Shown here in pieces: positions 15,776 to 26,096 of a stretch of DNA of 64,000 nucleotides (the first letter of the stretch is position 1; each line of letters begins with the position of its first letter). The stretch spans positions 384,001 through 448,000 of the forward strand of contig CAWCKJ010000004.1 in the NCBI GenBank assembly GCA_963796105.1. Direction: 5' to 3'. The notes under the pieces are model-generated. The model searched no databases, was not told the origin of the DNA, and was given only the letters and a program-made list of their open reading frames with translations. A program made the translations under genes and the position numbers. Source of the DNA: a candidate division FCPU426 bacterium (GTDB lineage Bacteria > Oederibacteriota > Muellerivitia > Muellerivitales > Muellerivitaceae).

Positions 15776-18001
15776 TTAAAGCCCCGGTCCGCCGGAGATT
15801 CCTTCTTGATTTACATTCACTTTTAATTTCTCCTGGACGGATTTCAACGCGAGCAAAACTTCAGGCTTCAACTCTTTTTCCGCCTCCTTGCTCAATTTAG
15901 TCAAGAATTTTTCCACATAATGCGATCGGTAATGGCCTAATGCCTGGACCGCGGCGGTCCGAAGCGCCATGCCCCTCTCTTTCTTAATTTCCAGGAACTT
16001 ATAACTATCCGCCCATTCCACCAGCTCATTGATCGCGTAGGGTTCCTGCAATTCACCCAAAACTTGGCAGGTTTCCATCAAGAAGTTTTCCCGCGCCTTC
16101 GATTCCATGGGGAATTTTTTCGCTGTCGCGATGAGGGTCCTGGAATCCCCCTCCAAGCCGAGCTTGCCCAAAATTCTCATGGCCGGAATGGCAAATTCGT
16201 CCTCCGGATTGTCCAAAAGCTGGATTAAAAGTGTCCTGTACTCCTGCTTTTCCCAGAATTGAATCATTTCAAGAATCTTACGCCGGGTTTCCGGCTCAAA
16301 AGTCTTCCAATTTGAGGTTATATACTCAGGCATGGACTTGGGCGGGGATGCCTTCTTGAAGATCTCGAGGAAACGCTCCAGCTTGACCGTGCTTTGATTC
16401 TCCTGGAGCCACTTTTCAAAAACCGGAACGCCCGTGATTTCCATCCGGTTAAGAAGATCCACCGCCTTTTTCCAATCCTGTGACGCCACGGGAGCCTGCT
16501 GGGTGATTTGAATCAGGAAGGGCCCGGAGAGAGTATGAAGCAAGAGGAAAAGCTTCGCGAACGCGACCTTTTCCTCCTCCTTTTCCGGTTCCCGGGAAAA
16601 AAGCTCCTGTAATTGGGTCGGTCCAAAAATCATGTCCAGTGTGGCTTGAGCCAACTCATCCTGGCCTTCAAAAAGAGGAGGCTTCTTATCAGAAAGTTTT
16701 TTTAAAACCGAGGCCGTTTGGAAAAGCTCTTCCCACTCGGGATGGCGGATCTCCTCGGGCAGCCAGTTCTGCAGCAAAGTGAGTCCGATGGGATATGCTT
16801 CCGAAGCCGGCTGACCGGTCAAGTAAGACCTTAAATTCCGGAACCCCTCCAGCTGGTCGGGCCGAGGAACTTTCAGCCATTGAAGGCGGTTCAAGTGCCG
16901 CAAAGAGACGCTTTGCGCGCTCGCGTCCGCTGACAAGATGCTTTTCCATAGGCTCTGCCAAACTTTTCCAAATCTTTCCGATTCCTTCTCTTCCTGAAGC
17001 CGGGAAATCCGGCTGTCCACCTCGGATTCCTTTTGACGGTCGGTCAGGATGGACAGGTCGCCGGCATCCACAGCGCTGAGGACGGGATCTATCTCGAAAA
17101 GAGTCAGGCGGTCGTCGGCGGCCTGGACCTGAGTCTCCTCCGTTTCCTCACCAAGTTTGAAACCCTGGCTTTCCCCCAAAAGAACGAGTCTCCTCAATAA
17201 ATCATCCATGTTAAATTGTAAACTCTTCAATTCTCCAGGTTCACTCACTGCGGCCAAATTTTTTCTCAAAGCCCCGAAGCTCCTGATGATTTCACCCCAA
17301 TCCGCGCCCCCGGCTCCCCCAGAGCTTCCGGGACTCCCTCCGGAAAGCCCTCCCTTTCCGGGAGTATCGGATGTCGGGTAAAGTCCTTCCTGTAATAGCC
17401 ATCCCCCCATATTGTCGACCATTTTCTTGGCCACTTCCCTTTTATTGCTTTCAGGTCTTACCTTCGCGAAAATTTGCAGAAAATACTGGAGCGCTTCCAA
17501 AGCTTCCTGCATATTTTCCTCGCCATCCACTTCCTCTCCCACTTGCACGACCTTTTCCCCTTCCCGAATGGCGACGAAAACCTTTTCGTTGACCTCGATA
17601 TGATCCAGGCGGTTATTCTCCAGCGCCTTGAAAAAGGACATCCCCTCGGTCAATCCCCTCGGTTTCAGGAGGCCAAAAAAAGCTTTCATCTCATCGGTTT
17701 GAATTCCCCGGTGAAAAGTCACGTTGTGGATCTTGTGGGTCAGGAACAGGTCCTTGATCATGTTGGTGGAGCCTGTGGTTTTCTCATTCAGGGCGGAACC
17801 CTCCACCACCAAGCGGCCCTCGGATTCGCCGATGGAAAGGCTGGGAAGGGAAAGAAATAACGCCTCCAGGGATTGCAGGAAGCGCTCCAGGGACTGAAGC
17901 ACCATGTTATTATCGTTGGAATAGAGAAAAAAATTCGAGAGAGCGACCCTGAGATCGCGCACAGCGGTCGAAGCGGGCTGGATTTGTTCTGGAGTCAGCA
18001 A
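15776..18001 (-). CDS. HEAT-repeat-containing protein
   Basis: 741-aa helical ORF with C-terminal HEAT-like repeats (AMRILGKLG, CQVLGELQ, RTAAVQALGHY). Confidence 0.65.
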   Translation of the reverse strand: MLTPEQIQPASTAVRDLRVALSNFFLYSNDNNMVLQSLERFLQSLEALFLSLPSLSIGESEGRLVVEGSALNEKTTGSTNMIKDLFLTHKIHNVTFHRGIQTDEMKAFFGLLKPRGLTEGMSFFKALENNRLDHIEVNEKVFVAIREGEKVVQVGEEVDGEENMQEALEALQYFLQIFAKVRPESNKREVAKKMVDNMGGWLLQEGLYPTSDTPGKGGLSGGSPGSSGGAGGADWGEIIRSFGALRKNLAAVSEPGELKSLQFNMDDLLRRLVLLGESQGFKLGEETEETQVQAADDRLTLFEIDPVLSAVDAGDLSILTDRQKESEVDSRISRLQEEKESERFGKVWQSLWKSILSADASAQSVSLRHLNRLQWLKVPRPDQLEGFRNLRSYLTGQPASEAYPIGLTLLQNWLPEEIRHPEWEELFQTASVLKKLSDKKPPLFEGQDELAQATLDMIFGPTQLQELFSREPEKEEEKVAFAKLFLLLHTLSGPFLIQITQQAPVASQDWKKAVDLLNRMEITGVPVFEKWLQENQSTVKLERFLEIFKKASPPKSMPEYITSNWKTFEPETRRKILEMIQFWEKQEYRTLLIQLLDNPEDEFAIPAMRILGKLGLEGDSRTLIATAKKFPMESKARENFLMETCQVLGELQEPYAINELVEWADSYKFLEIKKERGMALRTAAVQALGHYRSHYVEKFLTKLSKEAEKELKPEVLLALKSVQEKLKVNVNQEGISGGPGL

Positions 18002-18162
18002 GAATAGAATCCTTCATTCCCGGGATAAATAAGGCGGTAAACCATCTCTTATTATTTGCCCATCGTTTTAAAAAGAAAACCAAATTATATAGACGCCAAC
18101 AGACGCATTTCTCACAAATTGACCATTAAAAGACCCATGGGCGTGAAATACCCTCCGCAAAT

Positions 18163-18193
18163 AAAAAAGGGCGGTGATATCTCGCCGCCCTTT
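18163..18193 (-). terminator. Rho-independent terminator after pilin copy 2
   Basis: aaaaaagggcggtga-tatc-tcgccgcccttt hairpin with a T-run on the minus strand. Confidence 0.8.
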
Positions 18194-18218
18194 AAACTGA
18201 CTTAATATCTAATTATTT

Positions 18219-18674
18219 TCATTCAAACCCATAGAACGAGTAGGGGATTTGCTTTGAGTCTTGAACCGTGCTGTTGACGAATACATTTCCCATCGTGCTA
18301 TCGTACAACCAACCAGTTCCATTCGCCGTTGGGACTGAAACCATCGTCGTCATCGACACGATGGCGCCAGCGGGACTAGTTGCCCCAACCACGAAAGACC
18401 CTGTCACCTTGACGGGCGAAATATTGTCCAAATACTTGCTGAAGGAATAACTACTGAAGGCCTGCAAAGTCGTGGGCCAAACACCCTGGGCATCGCCGTA
18501 ATAGATCGACGCCGCGGATTTCAGGCTTCCCAGATTTCCCTTCGTGGACCCTTCGCGTGATTTTTCCAGCATCTGCGCGAAACGCGGGATAGCGATAGCC
18601 GCCAAAATACCGATAATCGCCACGACGATCATCAATTCAATCAACGTGAACCCTTTTGCCTTCAAACGAAACAT
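18219..18674 (-). CDS. pilA: Type IV pilin (copy 2)
   Basis: Class III signal KG|FTLIELMIVVAIIGILAAIAIP. Confidence 0.85.
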   Translation of the reverse strand: MFRLKAKGFTLIELMIVVAIIGILAAIAIPRFAQMLEKSREGSTKGNLGSLKSAASIYYGDAQGVWPTTLQAFSSYSFSKYLDNISPVKVTGSFVVGATSPAGAIVSMTTMVSVPTANGTGWLYDSTMGNVFVNSTVQDSKQIPYSFYGFE

Positions 18675-19149
18675 GTTCAGCCCCCTTTTATATTTTAAAA
18701 TCTACTTATTCAAATCTTTTTGCCGATCGAAAACCTTCTAAAAATTTTCACCTAAAATCGTCATTAAAAGATGTTCGATTCAACTGAAACTTCCGGCTTT
18801 CAACAGCGTTATTATCATAACCCACCGTAGTGTATTCATCCTCAATCAAATTTCGCATTTTAAGGTAATCGATCCCATAAAGGCATCCAGATTAATCGCA
18901 GGTAAAACCTTTTCTCTTGGAAAATCCGCCGTCGCAGTACCCTAAAATCAATTTTCTTTGGACATTTGTTTGAGGTCAAAAATATAAGCGGTTTATTTCT
19001 TTTTGAACTTTGCTGGATTCAACATATATTTTTTCAGGAGAAGCTGAAAATTCCTTCGGGCCAAACCCGATCAGGAGGCGGCTTTTGAAATATTTCCCCA
19101 GCATTCCTTCAGAATATACTGAATGATGTGCGGCGTTGTTTCAGGCCAT

Positions 19150-19183
19150 AAAAAAAGGGCGGCGAAAATTCGCCGCCCTTTTT
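19150..19183 (-). terminator. Rho-independent terminator after pilin copy 1
   Basis: aaaaaaagggcggcgaa-aa-ttcgccgcccttttt hairpin. Confidence 0.85.
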
Positions 19184-19207
19184 AACTTCCTTAATTTCTA
19201 AACCATC

Positions 19208-19663
19208 TCACTCAAACCCGTAGAACGAATACGGGATCTGCTTTGAGTCCTGAACAGTGCTGTTGACGTACACATTTCCCATCGTGCTGTCGTACAACCA
19301 GCCAGTTCCATTCGTCGTTGGGACTGAAACCATCGTCGTCATCGACACGATGGCGCCAGCGGGGCTTGTTGCTCCAACCACAAAGGACCCCGTCACCTTC
19401 ACAGGCGAAATATTGTCCAAATACTTGCTGAAGGAATAACTACTGAAGGCCTGCAAAGTCGTGGGCCAAACTCCCTGGGCATCGCCATAATAGATCGACG
19501 CCGCAGACTTCAGACTTCCCAGATTTCCCTTCGTGGACCCTTCGCGAGATTTTTCCAGCATCTGCGCGAAACGCGGGATGGCGATAGCCGCCAAAATTCC
19601 GATGATCGCGACAACGATCATCAGTTCAATCAACGTGAAACCCTTTGCTTTCAATCGAAACAT
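19208..19663 (-). CDS. pilA: Type IV pilin (copy 1)
   Basis: Same prepilin motif; differs from copy 2 at 2 of 151 residues. Confidence 0.85.
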   Translation of the reverse strand: MFRLKAKGFTLIELMIVVAIIGILAAIAIPRFAQMLEKSREGSTKGNLGSLKSAASIYYGDAQGVWPTTLQAFSSYSFSKYLDNISPVKVTGSFVVGATSPAGAIVSMTTMVSVPTTNGTGWLYDSTMGNVYVNSTVQDSKQIPYSFYGFE

Positions 19664-19766
19664 TTTTCAACCTCCTAAGTTGAATAAGTTCTTACAGGTA
19701 TTTTACCCCTAAAAGCACATGAATTCCATCAAAGCTCTTGCAAAGCTCCACAAATGAGGAAAATCC

Positions 19767-20174
19767 CTACTTTTTCTCGACCAAGTCCATTCCGCACTTG
19801 GGACATTTTCCTGGTTGGTCGCTGGTAAACCCGTCCATTTCGCATATATAAGTTTTTTTCACCGCCTCTGACTTGGGAGCTGGTTTGGCTCTAGACTTTT
19901 TTTCCAAGTCCATCCCACACTTCGGGCATTTCCCATCCGCCGTCTTGGGACCGCTATAATCGCCCATGGGGCAGACCCAGACTTCTTTGGCGGCTTCTTT
20001 AGTCACCTTTTTCTTGGACTTTTTCACTTTGGTCACTGCTTTATGCGACGCAGCCGGTGTCGCGTCGGCAACGGGCGTGATCATCACTTTCGCCTTGCTC
20101 ATCTCATCGGCCCAAACAGATTGTACGACCAGTAAAAACGCCGCTCCCGCCAACAAACTCAAAAATTTTCTCAT
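19767..20174 (-). CDS. Periplasmic heavy-metal-binding domain protein (two CxM...CPKCGMDL domains)
   Basis: Signal peptide; WVCPM...GKCPKCGMDL and YICEM...PGKCPKCGMDL; directly downstream of cusA. Confidence 0.8.
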   Translation of the reverse strand: MRKFLSLLAGAAFLLVVQSVWADEMSKAKVMITPVADATPAASHKAVTKVKKSKKKVTKEAAKEVWVCPMGDYSGPKTADGKCPKCGMDLEKKSRAKPAPKSEAVKKTYICEMDGFTSDQPGKCPKCGMDLVEKK

Positions 20175-20254
20175 GACTTTACTCCTTTAAATTTTTTTCC
20201 CGTATTCCCGTCAAGGAACCGGGGCATCCCCTCCATGCCAAACCGGGATAAATC

Positions 20255-23200
20255 CTATCCGATCCGTTGAATCCACTTCCAAAGACCCTTCGGCTTCTCC
20301 AGATTCACTTCGGTATGCCATTTCCAAAGCGCGAACAACACCGGGTAGACCAGCAGTTCCAGGATGAAAGAGGTGAAAACCCCTCCCACCATTGGGGCCG
20401 CGATTCGTTTCATGACGTCCGCGCCAACTCCCGTCGAAAATAAGATAGGTACGAGGCCGAACCAGGCCGCCGACACCGTCATGAGTTTCGGCCGTAAGCG
20501 CTTGACCGCGCCGTGCATGACCGAATCCTCCAAGTCCCCGATGGTATTCATTTTTCCCATTTCTTTAAAATGCTTGTAGGAAAGGTTGAGATATAGAAGC
20601 ATCACCACCCCTGTCTCGGCGTCCAACCCGGCGAGCGCGATCACCCCCACCCAGACCGCCACCGATGTGTTGTAACCTAATATCCATAATAACCACACCG
20701 CGCCAACCAGGGAAAAAGGGACCGCCAAAAGCACGATGACGGTTTCCATGAAGCTCTTGGTGTTGAAGTAAATCAGCAGAAAAACGATGAGAAGCGTCAG
20801 GGGGATCATGATCTTGAAGCGTTGTGCGGCCCGGACCATATACTCGTACTGGCCGCTCCAGGCTAGGCTGGTGCCCACGGGCAACTGCACCTTTTCCCGG
20901 ATAAGTTTCTTGGCAGCCTGCACATAAGTGCCGGGATCAATCCCCTCGATATCCACGTAAACGTATCCCGCCAACAGCCCGTTCTCGTCCCGGATCATTC
21001 CGGGCCCCAGGGACAAGCCGACGTCGGCCAATTGGCCCAACTGGACCTTGCTTCCGGAGGGTGTCGTCACCAGGACCCTTCTTAATTTGTCCACGTCGTC
21101 CCGGTAGTCCCGCGCGTACCTCACGCTCACCGAATAGCGCTCCCGGCCCTCCACGGCTGTGGTGATCGTATCCCCCCCGATGGCCATCTCGATGATCTCG
21201 TTCACGTCCTCTATCTTGAGGCCGAAACGCGCGATCTGGTCCCGGCGGGGCTTGATGTCGATGAAATACCCGCCCGTGACCCGCTCGGCGTAAACGCTCA
21301 GGGTCCCTTTCAGGGTCTTCAGCGTGTTCTCAAGCTCAATCCCCGCCCGCTCGATGGCCTTGAAGTCCGTCCCCAAAACCTTGATGCCGATGGGTGTCCT
21401 CACCCCCGTGGTGAGCATGTTGATGCGGTTGATAATGGGCATGGTCAGGGCGTTGGTATAGCCTGGGAATTGCAGGGCCTCGTTCAGGTCGTGCAGGAGT
21501 TTTTCCTGGGTCATGCCCTTTCGCCATTGGTTCTCCGGCTTCAGCAGGATAGTGGTTTCCACCATCGAAAACGGGGCCGGATCCAGGGAGGTCTCGGCCC
21601 GCCCCGCCTTGCCGAAAACACGCTCCACCTCCGGAAAGGATTTTATGATCTTGTCCTGCGTTTGAAGAATCCGGGCCGCCTCAGTCACTGAGACGCCAGG
21701 CAGGGTGGTGGGCATGTATAGCAAGGAGCCTTCCCAAAGGGGCGGCATGAACTCGCTCCCCAATCTTGAAAAAGGGACGAGGGTGATCAGGACCAGCCCG
21801 AGTGCCGCGAGAATCATCTTTATCCTGTTTTCCAAAACCCACTTGGCTGGGCGGCTGTAAAGGCGGTCCAGGAACCGGTTCAGGGGATGTTCTTCCTCGG
21901 TTAATATTTTTCCTTTGAGGAATATCACCATCAAGAAAGGCGTCACCGTGATGGCGAGAAACGCCGCGAAAAACATGGAAAGGGTCTTGGTATAAGCCAA
22001 TGGCGAAAACAAACGGCCTTCCTGTCCCTGGAGCGCGAAGACCGGGAGAAACCCCACCGTGATGACCAGCAGGGTGTTGAAAAGGGACGGCCCCACTTCC
22101 TTGGCGGCATGGAGAATCACCTCGGTTCGGTCCTCTTTTTCACCGCTTTTTTCCCATTCCTCCAGCCTCTTGCAGGCGTTCTCCACCATGATGATGGAAG
22201 CGTCCACCATGGCCCCGATGGCGATGGCGATGCCCCCCAGGCTCATGATGTTTGAGGAGACCCCCAGGTATTTCATGCAGACGAACGACATCAGGATGGC
22301 TAAGGGCAGGGTCAGGATGATGACCAGGGCGCTGGGCAAGTGCCAAAGGAATATGAGGCACACCACCGAGACCGCGATGGCCAGCTTGATAAGTTCGTGT
22401 GTAAGGGTATCAATGGATTTGTTGATGAGTTCTGAGCGGTCGTAAACCGGCACGATCTCCACACCCCCGGGCAGGGACGGCTTGATTTCCTCGATTTTTT
22501 GTTTTACCCGTTCAATAACCTGGAGCGCGTTCTCCCCGTAGCGGGCCGTCACAATGCCGCCCACCACTTCACCCTGGCCGTCGAGTTCCGCTACGCCCCT
22601 CCGGACTTCCGGCCCCGTTTGAATCCGGGCGATATCCCTCAGGAGAATGGGGGTCCCCTGCTTGTCCCGTCCTACAGCCACCTTTTCTAGGTCCTCCACG
22701 CCCTTCAAGTAACCCAGGCCCCGGATCATGTACTCCGTGCCGTTGATTTCCAAAAGTCTGCCGCCTACGTCCCGGTTGGAGTTGCGTACGGCGTCCAAGA
22801 CCTGTCCGAACGTTAGGTCGTAGGATGCCAGGGTGTTGGGATTCACGTCCACCTGGTATTGCTTGGTCATGCCGCCAACCGAGGCGACTTCGGCCACTCC
22901 CGGCAGGCTTTGGAGCTGGTATCTCAGGTTCCAATCCTGGTAGCTTTTCAGTTCCGAAAGGGTGTGTTTACCGCTCCTGTCCACCAGGGCGTACTGATAC
23001 ACCCACCCCACTCCCGTGGCATCAGGGCCCATTTCCAACTTCACGCCTTCCGGCAGGGTTCCTTGCACCTTCGACAGGTACTCCAGGACCCGGCTCCTAG
23101 CCCAGTAAACATCCGTGCCGTCCTGGAAAATGATGTAAACATAGGTGTATCCGAAATCCGAAAAGGCCCGGATGCTTTTGACTTTGGGGGCCCCCAGCAA

Positions 23201-23413
23201 AGCCCTGACGATGGGATAAGCCACTTGGTCTTCCAAAATGTCCGGGCTTTTCATCCACTTGGCGTACACGACGACCTGGGTGTCGGAGATATCGGGGATC
23301 GCGTCCAGGGGAATATTCTTCATGGCCCAGATTCCCCAAAAAATAACGGCCAGCATTCCCAGCGAAACAATGAATTTGTTCCTACCGCACCACTCGATAA
23401 TTTTAGCAATCAC
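20255..23413 (-). CDS. cusA: CusA/SilA-type heavy-metal RND efflux permease
   Basis: PLDAIPDISDTQV, GPDATGVGWVYQY, IAIGAMVDASIIMVEN, RLRPKLMT, MKRIAAPMVGG. Confidence 0.95.
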   Translation of the reverse strand: MIAKIIEWCGRNKFIVSLGMLAVIFWGIWAMKNIPLDAIPDISDTQVVVYAKWMKSPDILEDQVAYPIVRALLGAPKVKSIRAFSDFGYTYVYIIFQDGTDVYWARSRVLEYLSKVQGTLPEGVKLEMGPDATGVGWVYQYALVDRSGKHTLSELKSYQDWNLRYQLQSLPGVAEVASVGGMTKQYQVDVNPNTLASYDLTFGQVLDAVRNSNRDVGGRLLEINGTEYMIRGLGYLKGVEDLEKVAVGRDKQGTPILLRDIARIQTGPEVRRGVAELDGQGEVVGGIVTARYGENALQVIERVKQKIEEIKPSLPGGVEIVPVYDRSELINKSIDTLTHELIKLAIAVSVVCLIFLWHLPSALVIILTLPLAILMSFVCMKYLGVSSNIMSLGGIAIAIGAMVDASIIMVENACKRLEEWEKSGEKEDRTEVILHAAKEVGPSLFNTLLVITVGFLPVFALQGQEGRLFSPLAYTKTLSMFFAAFLAITVTPFLMVIFLKGKILTEEEHPLNRFLDRLYSRPAKWVLENRIKMILAALGLVLITLVPFSRLGSEFMPPLWEGSLLYMPTTLPGVSVTEAARILQTQDKIIKSFPEVERVFGKAGRAETSLDPAPFSMVETTILLKPENQWRKGMTQEKLLHDLNEALQFPGYTNALTMPIINRINMLTTGVRTPIGIKVLGTDFKAIERAGIELENTLKTLKGTLSVYAERVTGGYFIDIKPRRDQIARFGLKIEDVNEIIEMAIGGDTITTAVEGRERYSVSVRYARDYRDDVDKLRRVLVTTPSGSKVQLGQLADVGLSLGPGMIRDENGLLAGYVYVDIEGIDPGTYVQAAKKLIREKVQLPVGTSLAWSGQYEYMVRAAQRFKIMIPLTLLIVFLLIYFNTKSFMETVIVLLAVPFSLVGAVWLLWILGYNTSVAVWVGVIALAGLDAETGVVMLLYLNLSYKHFKEMGKMNTIGDLEDSVMHGAVKRLRPKLMTVSAAWFGLVPILFSTGVGADVMKRIAAPMVGGVFTSFILELLVYPVLFALWKWHTEVNLEKPKGLWKWIQRIG

Positions 23414-23700
23414 AAAACACCTCTCTTACCACAGGGACCCATGCCAACCTTCCCTAAAGCTATCAAGGTGGTCGATATAATCCCACATTTCCCTATCTGT
23501 AATATAGAGATGTGGGACAGGGACAAATCTAAATTAAAAACAATTCTAATGTTTTCGAAGACAGCTTTTAAAATCATCCTGGAGAAATTATACGCCTTAA
23601 TAAAAATCGCCTTTTTCTTCAGCGCCGTTCCTCCCATTTGAAAAATGGGAAGATTTATTGAGTTTTTAAACTGGGTCTCTGAGTCTATGTGGTTCATGTT

Positions 23701-24753
23701 TTATTTTTCCCCCGCGAAAGCCGCTGTGAGTTTCGAATCCGCGTCGATAAGGAAATTAGCCCCGTCCACGACTTTCTGTCCCTCTTTCAGTCCCGAGGTT
23801 ACTTCCCACCACCCGCTTCCCTGGTAACCCACGGTTATTTCCCGGGGGGTGAAAATTCCCGGTTCTGTTTGCAGGAACACGTAACGGTGGGTCCCCGTAT
23901 CCATGACCGCGGATTGGGGCACGCTTAAAAGGGGTCCCGTGGTTGCCTCGATATCCACATCGGCGAAAAGACCGGCCTTCATGGGCTTGTCCAGCGCCAC
24001 CCGCACCCTCGTCACACGCGATTGGGTCTCATCGTAGGGGTAAATGTGGGTGATCTTTCCTTCTATTCTTTCACCCGATCCGCTTAAGGAAGTCACCACG
24101 GCCTTCTGCCCATCTTTTACGAATGGCAAGTCCAAGGCATACACGTCGGCCACGACGTACCGGTCTGAGGATTGAAGGGAATTCCTCGCCGCGAAATTCC
24201 CAGCCAGGGCCGCGAAATCCCCTTCCCCTCCCGCGAAACGCCCGCCCGTGTGGATGACGCGGGTAATGGGCGCCTTTTGGACCGTCGCGAATCTCACCCC
24301 TATCAACTGTTGTTTGTAAGGGCTGATTTTGACCGCAGCCAGGCCCTGAAGCGCTTCGGGGGCCCCTTCCTCTGCCACGGATTCTTCCTCATAAACCGGC
24401 ACCAGGTCCATGCCGTCCGGCGCCTTACCCGGCTTGTCGCTTTTAAATCCGGGGTTCATGGCGTCGGCCCAATATTTGACCTTCTTTTCTTTCGCCGGCG
24501 TGGCGGCCGACGGCGTCCCCCCATCCAAGGGAATCAGGGTCATTCCGCAAATGGGGCAATCCCCGGGTTTTTCCCGGCGGATTTGGGGATGCATGGCGCA
24601 GGTATAAATGGTTTTTTTTGCCTGGGCCTGGCCGGGGTGCCTGCCGTTGTAATAGGCCGTTACACCGATGGCGCCTCCCACGATGACGATAAGTAACAAT
24701 AGCCAGAACAAAACCTTGGTGCCTTTTCCCGATTTCAGATTAGGGCTTTCCAT
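23701..24753 (-). CDS. cusB: CusB-type periplasmic adaptor with metal-binding domains; central region short
   Basis: YTCAMHP...CPICGM and YWADAMNP...PGKAPDGMDL; C-terminal VPQSAVMDTG...GLKEGQKVV..ANFLIDADS. Confidence 0.82.
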   Translation of the reverse strand: MESPNLKSGKGTKVLFWLLLLIVIVGGAIGVTAYYNGRHPGQAQAKKTIYTCAMHPQIRREKPGDCPICGMTLIPLDGGTPSAATPAKEKKVKYWADAMNPGFKSDKPGKAPDGMDLVPVYEEESVAEEGAPEALQGLAAVKISPYKQQLIGVRFATVQKAPITRVIHTGGRFAGGEGDFAALAGNFAARNSLQSSDRYVVADVYALDLPFVKDGQKAVVTSLSGSGERIEGKITHIYPYDETQSRVTRVRVALDKPMKAGLFADVDIEATTGPLLSVPQSAVMDTGTHRYVFLQTEPGIFTPREITVGYQGSGWWEVTSGLKEGQKVVDGANFLIDADSKLTAAFAGEK

Positions 24754-26002
24754 TTTCGTCTCCTTTCAAATCTCCCACTTCATAATCCAGCTCGGCCAGG
24801 GCTTTCCCGTAATCGGCTTGGGCCTCGTAATAATTGGTCACGGTCTCGAGGTAAGTGTTGTAAGTCTCGATGAACTCCGGAAGAGGCATCTCTTCGTTGC
24901 GATAGGCCAGTTGCGTGGCTTCCCAGGCCCTTTGGGTCTGTTTGAGGAGGCCCCCTCGCTCGTAAAGCCCGAGGATTCGCCAGGCTGACTCGGCATTGAC
25001 GTAGGCGTCCTCCGCCATGTGGATGACCTCGTTTTGCTTTCCCTTAAGGTCATACCGGGCCGCGGACAATTCATCGGAAGCGGCTCCGGCCGCCGGAGCC
25101 TGCTTGGCTAAGAAAAAGAGCGGGATGCTCACCCCCACCCTGTACCCGTAATCGGAGAAACCGCCGTTGGGGTCCCTCACGCCCGAAAGCCAGACGTCGA
25201 AATCGGGCAGATAATCCATCCCCGCCAGGTTTCTGCGCGCCTGCTGGGCCTCAATGGCCCTTTGGTAAACCGTGATTTCCGAGTTCTGTTCCAGGGCCTT
25301 CCGAACGTAATCCTCTTCCTTGCCCGTGAAAGCGGGAAGCGGAGGCGCTTCTCCCAAAGTATAGAGGGTCCCATGGGGCAGGCTGAACAGGTGGTTCAAG
25401 TTGAATTGGGATACCTTGAGGGCCCGGCTGTTGGTGATAAGTCCGTTCACCGCCTTGGCCGTTTCCATCTGCGCGCGGACGGTTTTCACCGACAGCCACT
25501 GGCCGCTGAGTTCCTTGGATTCCAGGACCTGGCTCAGTCCCTTCCAGCTTTTCTCGGCCTCCTGGAGTATGCCGAACACCTTCGTGCGGTAATAGAACTC
25601 CCAATAGGCCTGCCGGGCTTGCAGGGTGATGGAACGTCTCTCGTCGGAAGCCATCGCCTTGGCTTTCTTGGCCTCGGCTCCATACACGTCCGCCTGGGCG
25701 ATCCCCTTGCCGGGAAATCCCAGCTTTTCCTCCACCATCCACTGTTCCATTCCCGGGTTGGTCGTGTCGACCATCAGCATGGGATCGGATGGAAAAAGGG
25801 ATGGAAGGATTTTTTTCTCCGCCGCGTTGGCCCTGTCGTCCGCCGCGTGGATGTGCGGATTCCCCGCCAATGCCAACTCTTCCGCTTTCTGCAGGGTCAA
25901 AGCCACGGTTGTGGATTGGGATGACGCTTCCTGGGCAAGGCAATGGCCGGTAAGCCACCCGCCTAGTATGGCGCTTAAAATGATTAAATTCGGGATTTTC
26001 AT
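24740..26002 (-). CDS. TolC/CusC family outer-membrane efflux protein
   Basis: Signal peptide, two OEP-like helical repeats, first gene of the RND operon; start at MKIPN. Confidence 0.82.
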   Translation of the reverse strand: MKIPNLIILSAILGGWLTGHCLAQEASSQSTTVALTLQKAEELALAGNPHIHAADDRANAAEKKILPSLFPSDPMLMVDTTNPGMEQWMVEEKLGFPGKGIAQADVYGAEAKKAKAMASDERRSITLQARQAYWEFYYRTKVFGILQEAEKSWKGLSQVLESKELSGQWLSVKTVRAQMETAKAVNGLITNSRALKVSQFNLNHLFSLPHGTLYTLGEAPPLPAFTGKEEDYVRKALEQNSEITVYQRAIEAQQARRNLAGMDYLPDFDVWLSGVRDPNGGFSDYGYRVGVSIPLFFLAKQAPAAGAASDELSAARYDLKGKQNEVIHMAEDAYVNAESAWRILGLYERGGLLKQTQRAWEATQLAYRNEEMPLPEFIETYNTYLETVTNYYEAQADYGKALAELDYEVGDLKGDENGKP

Positions 26003-26096
26003 GATACTCACTCCTTTCAAATCGGCGTAATGCGCGCGATTTATTCCTTCCAGTGGACGCAATCATCCCTGGAATGGAAAAGCAAAAAGGAGTGAA

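Noticed and set aside
18219..19663. Electrically conductive (e-pilin) call
   Set aside because: Aromatic content is fairly high (about 17 of 143 by hand count), but position 27 is Met and conductivity cannot be inferred from sequence.
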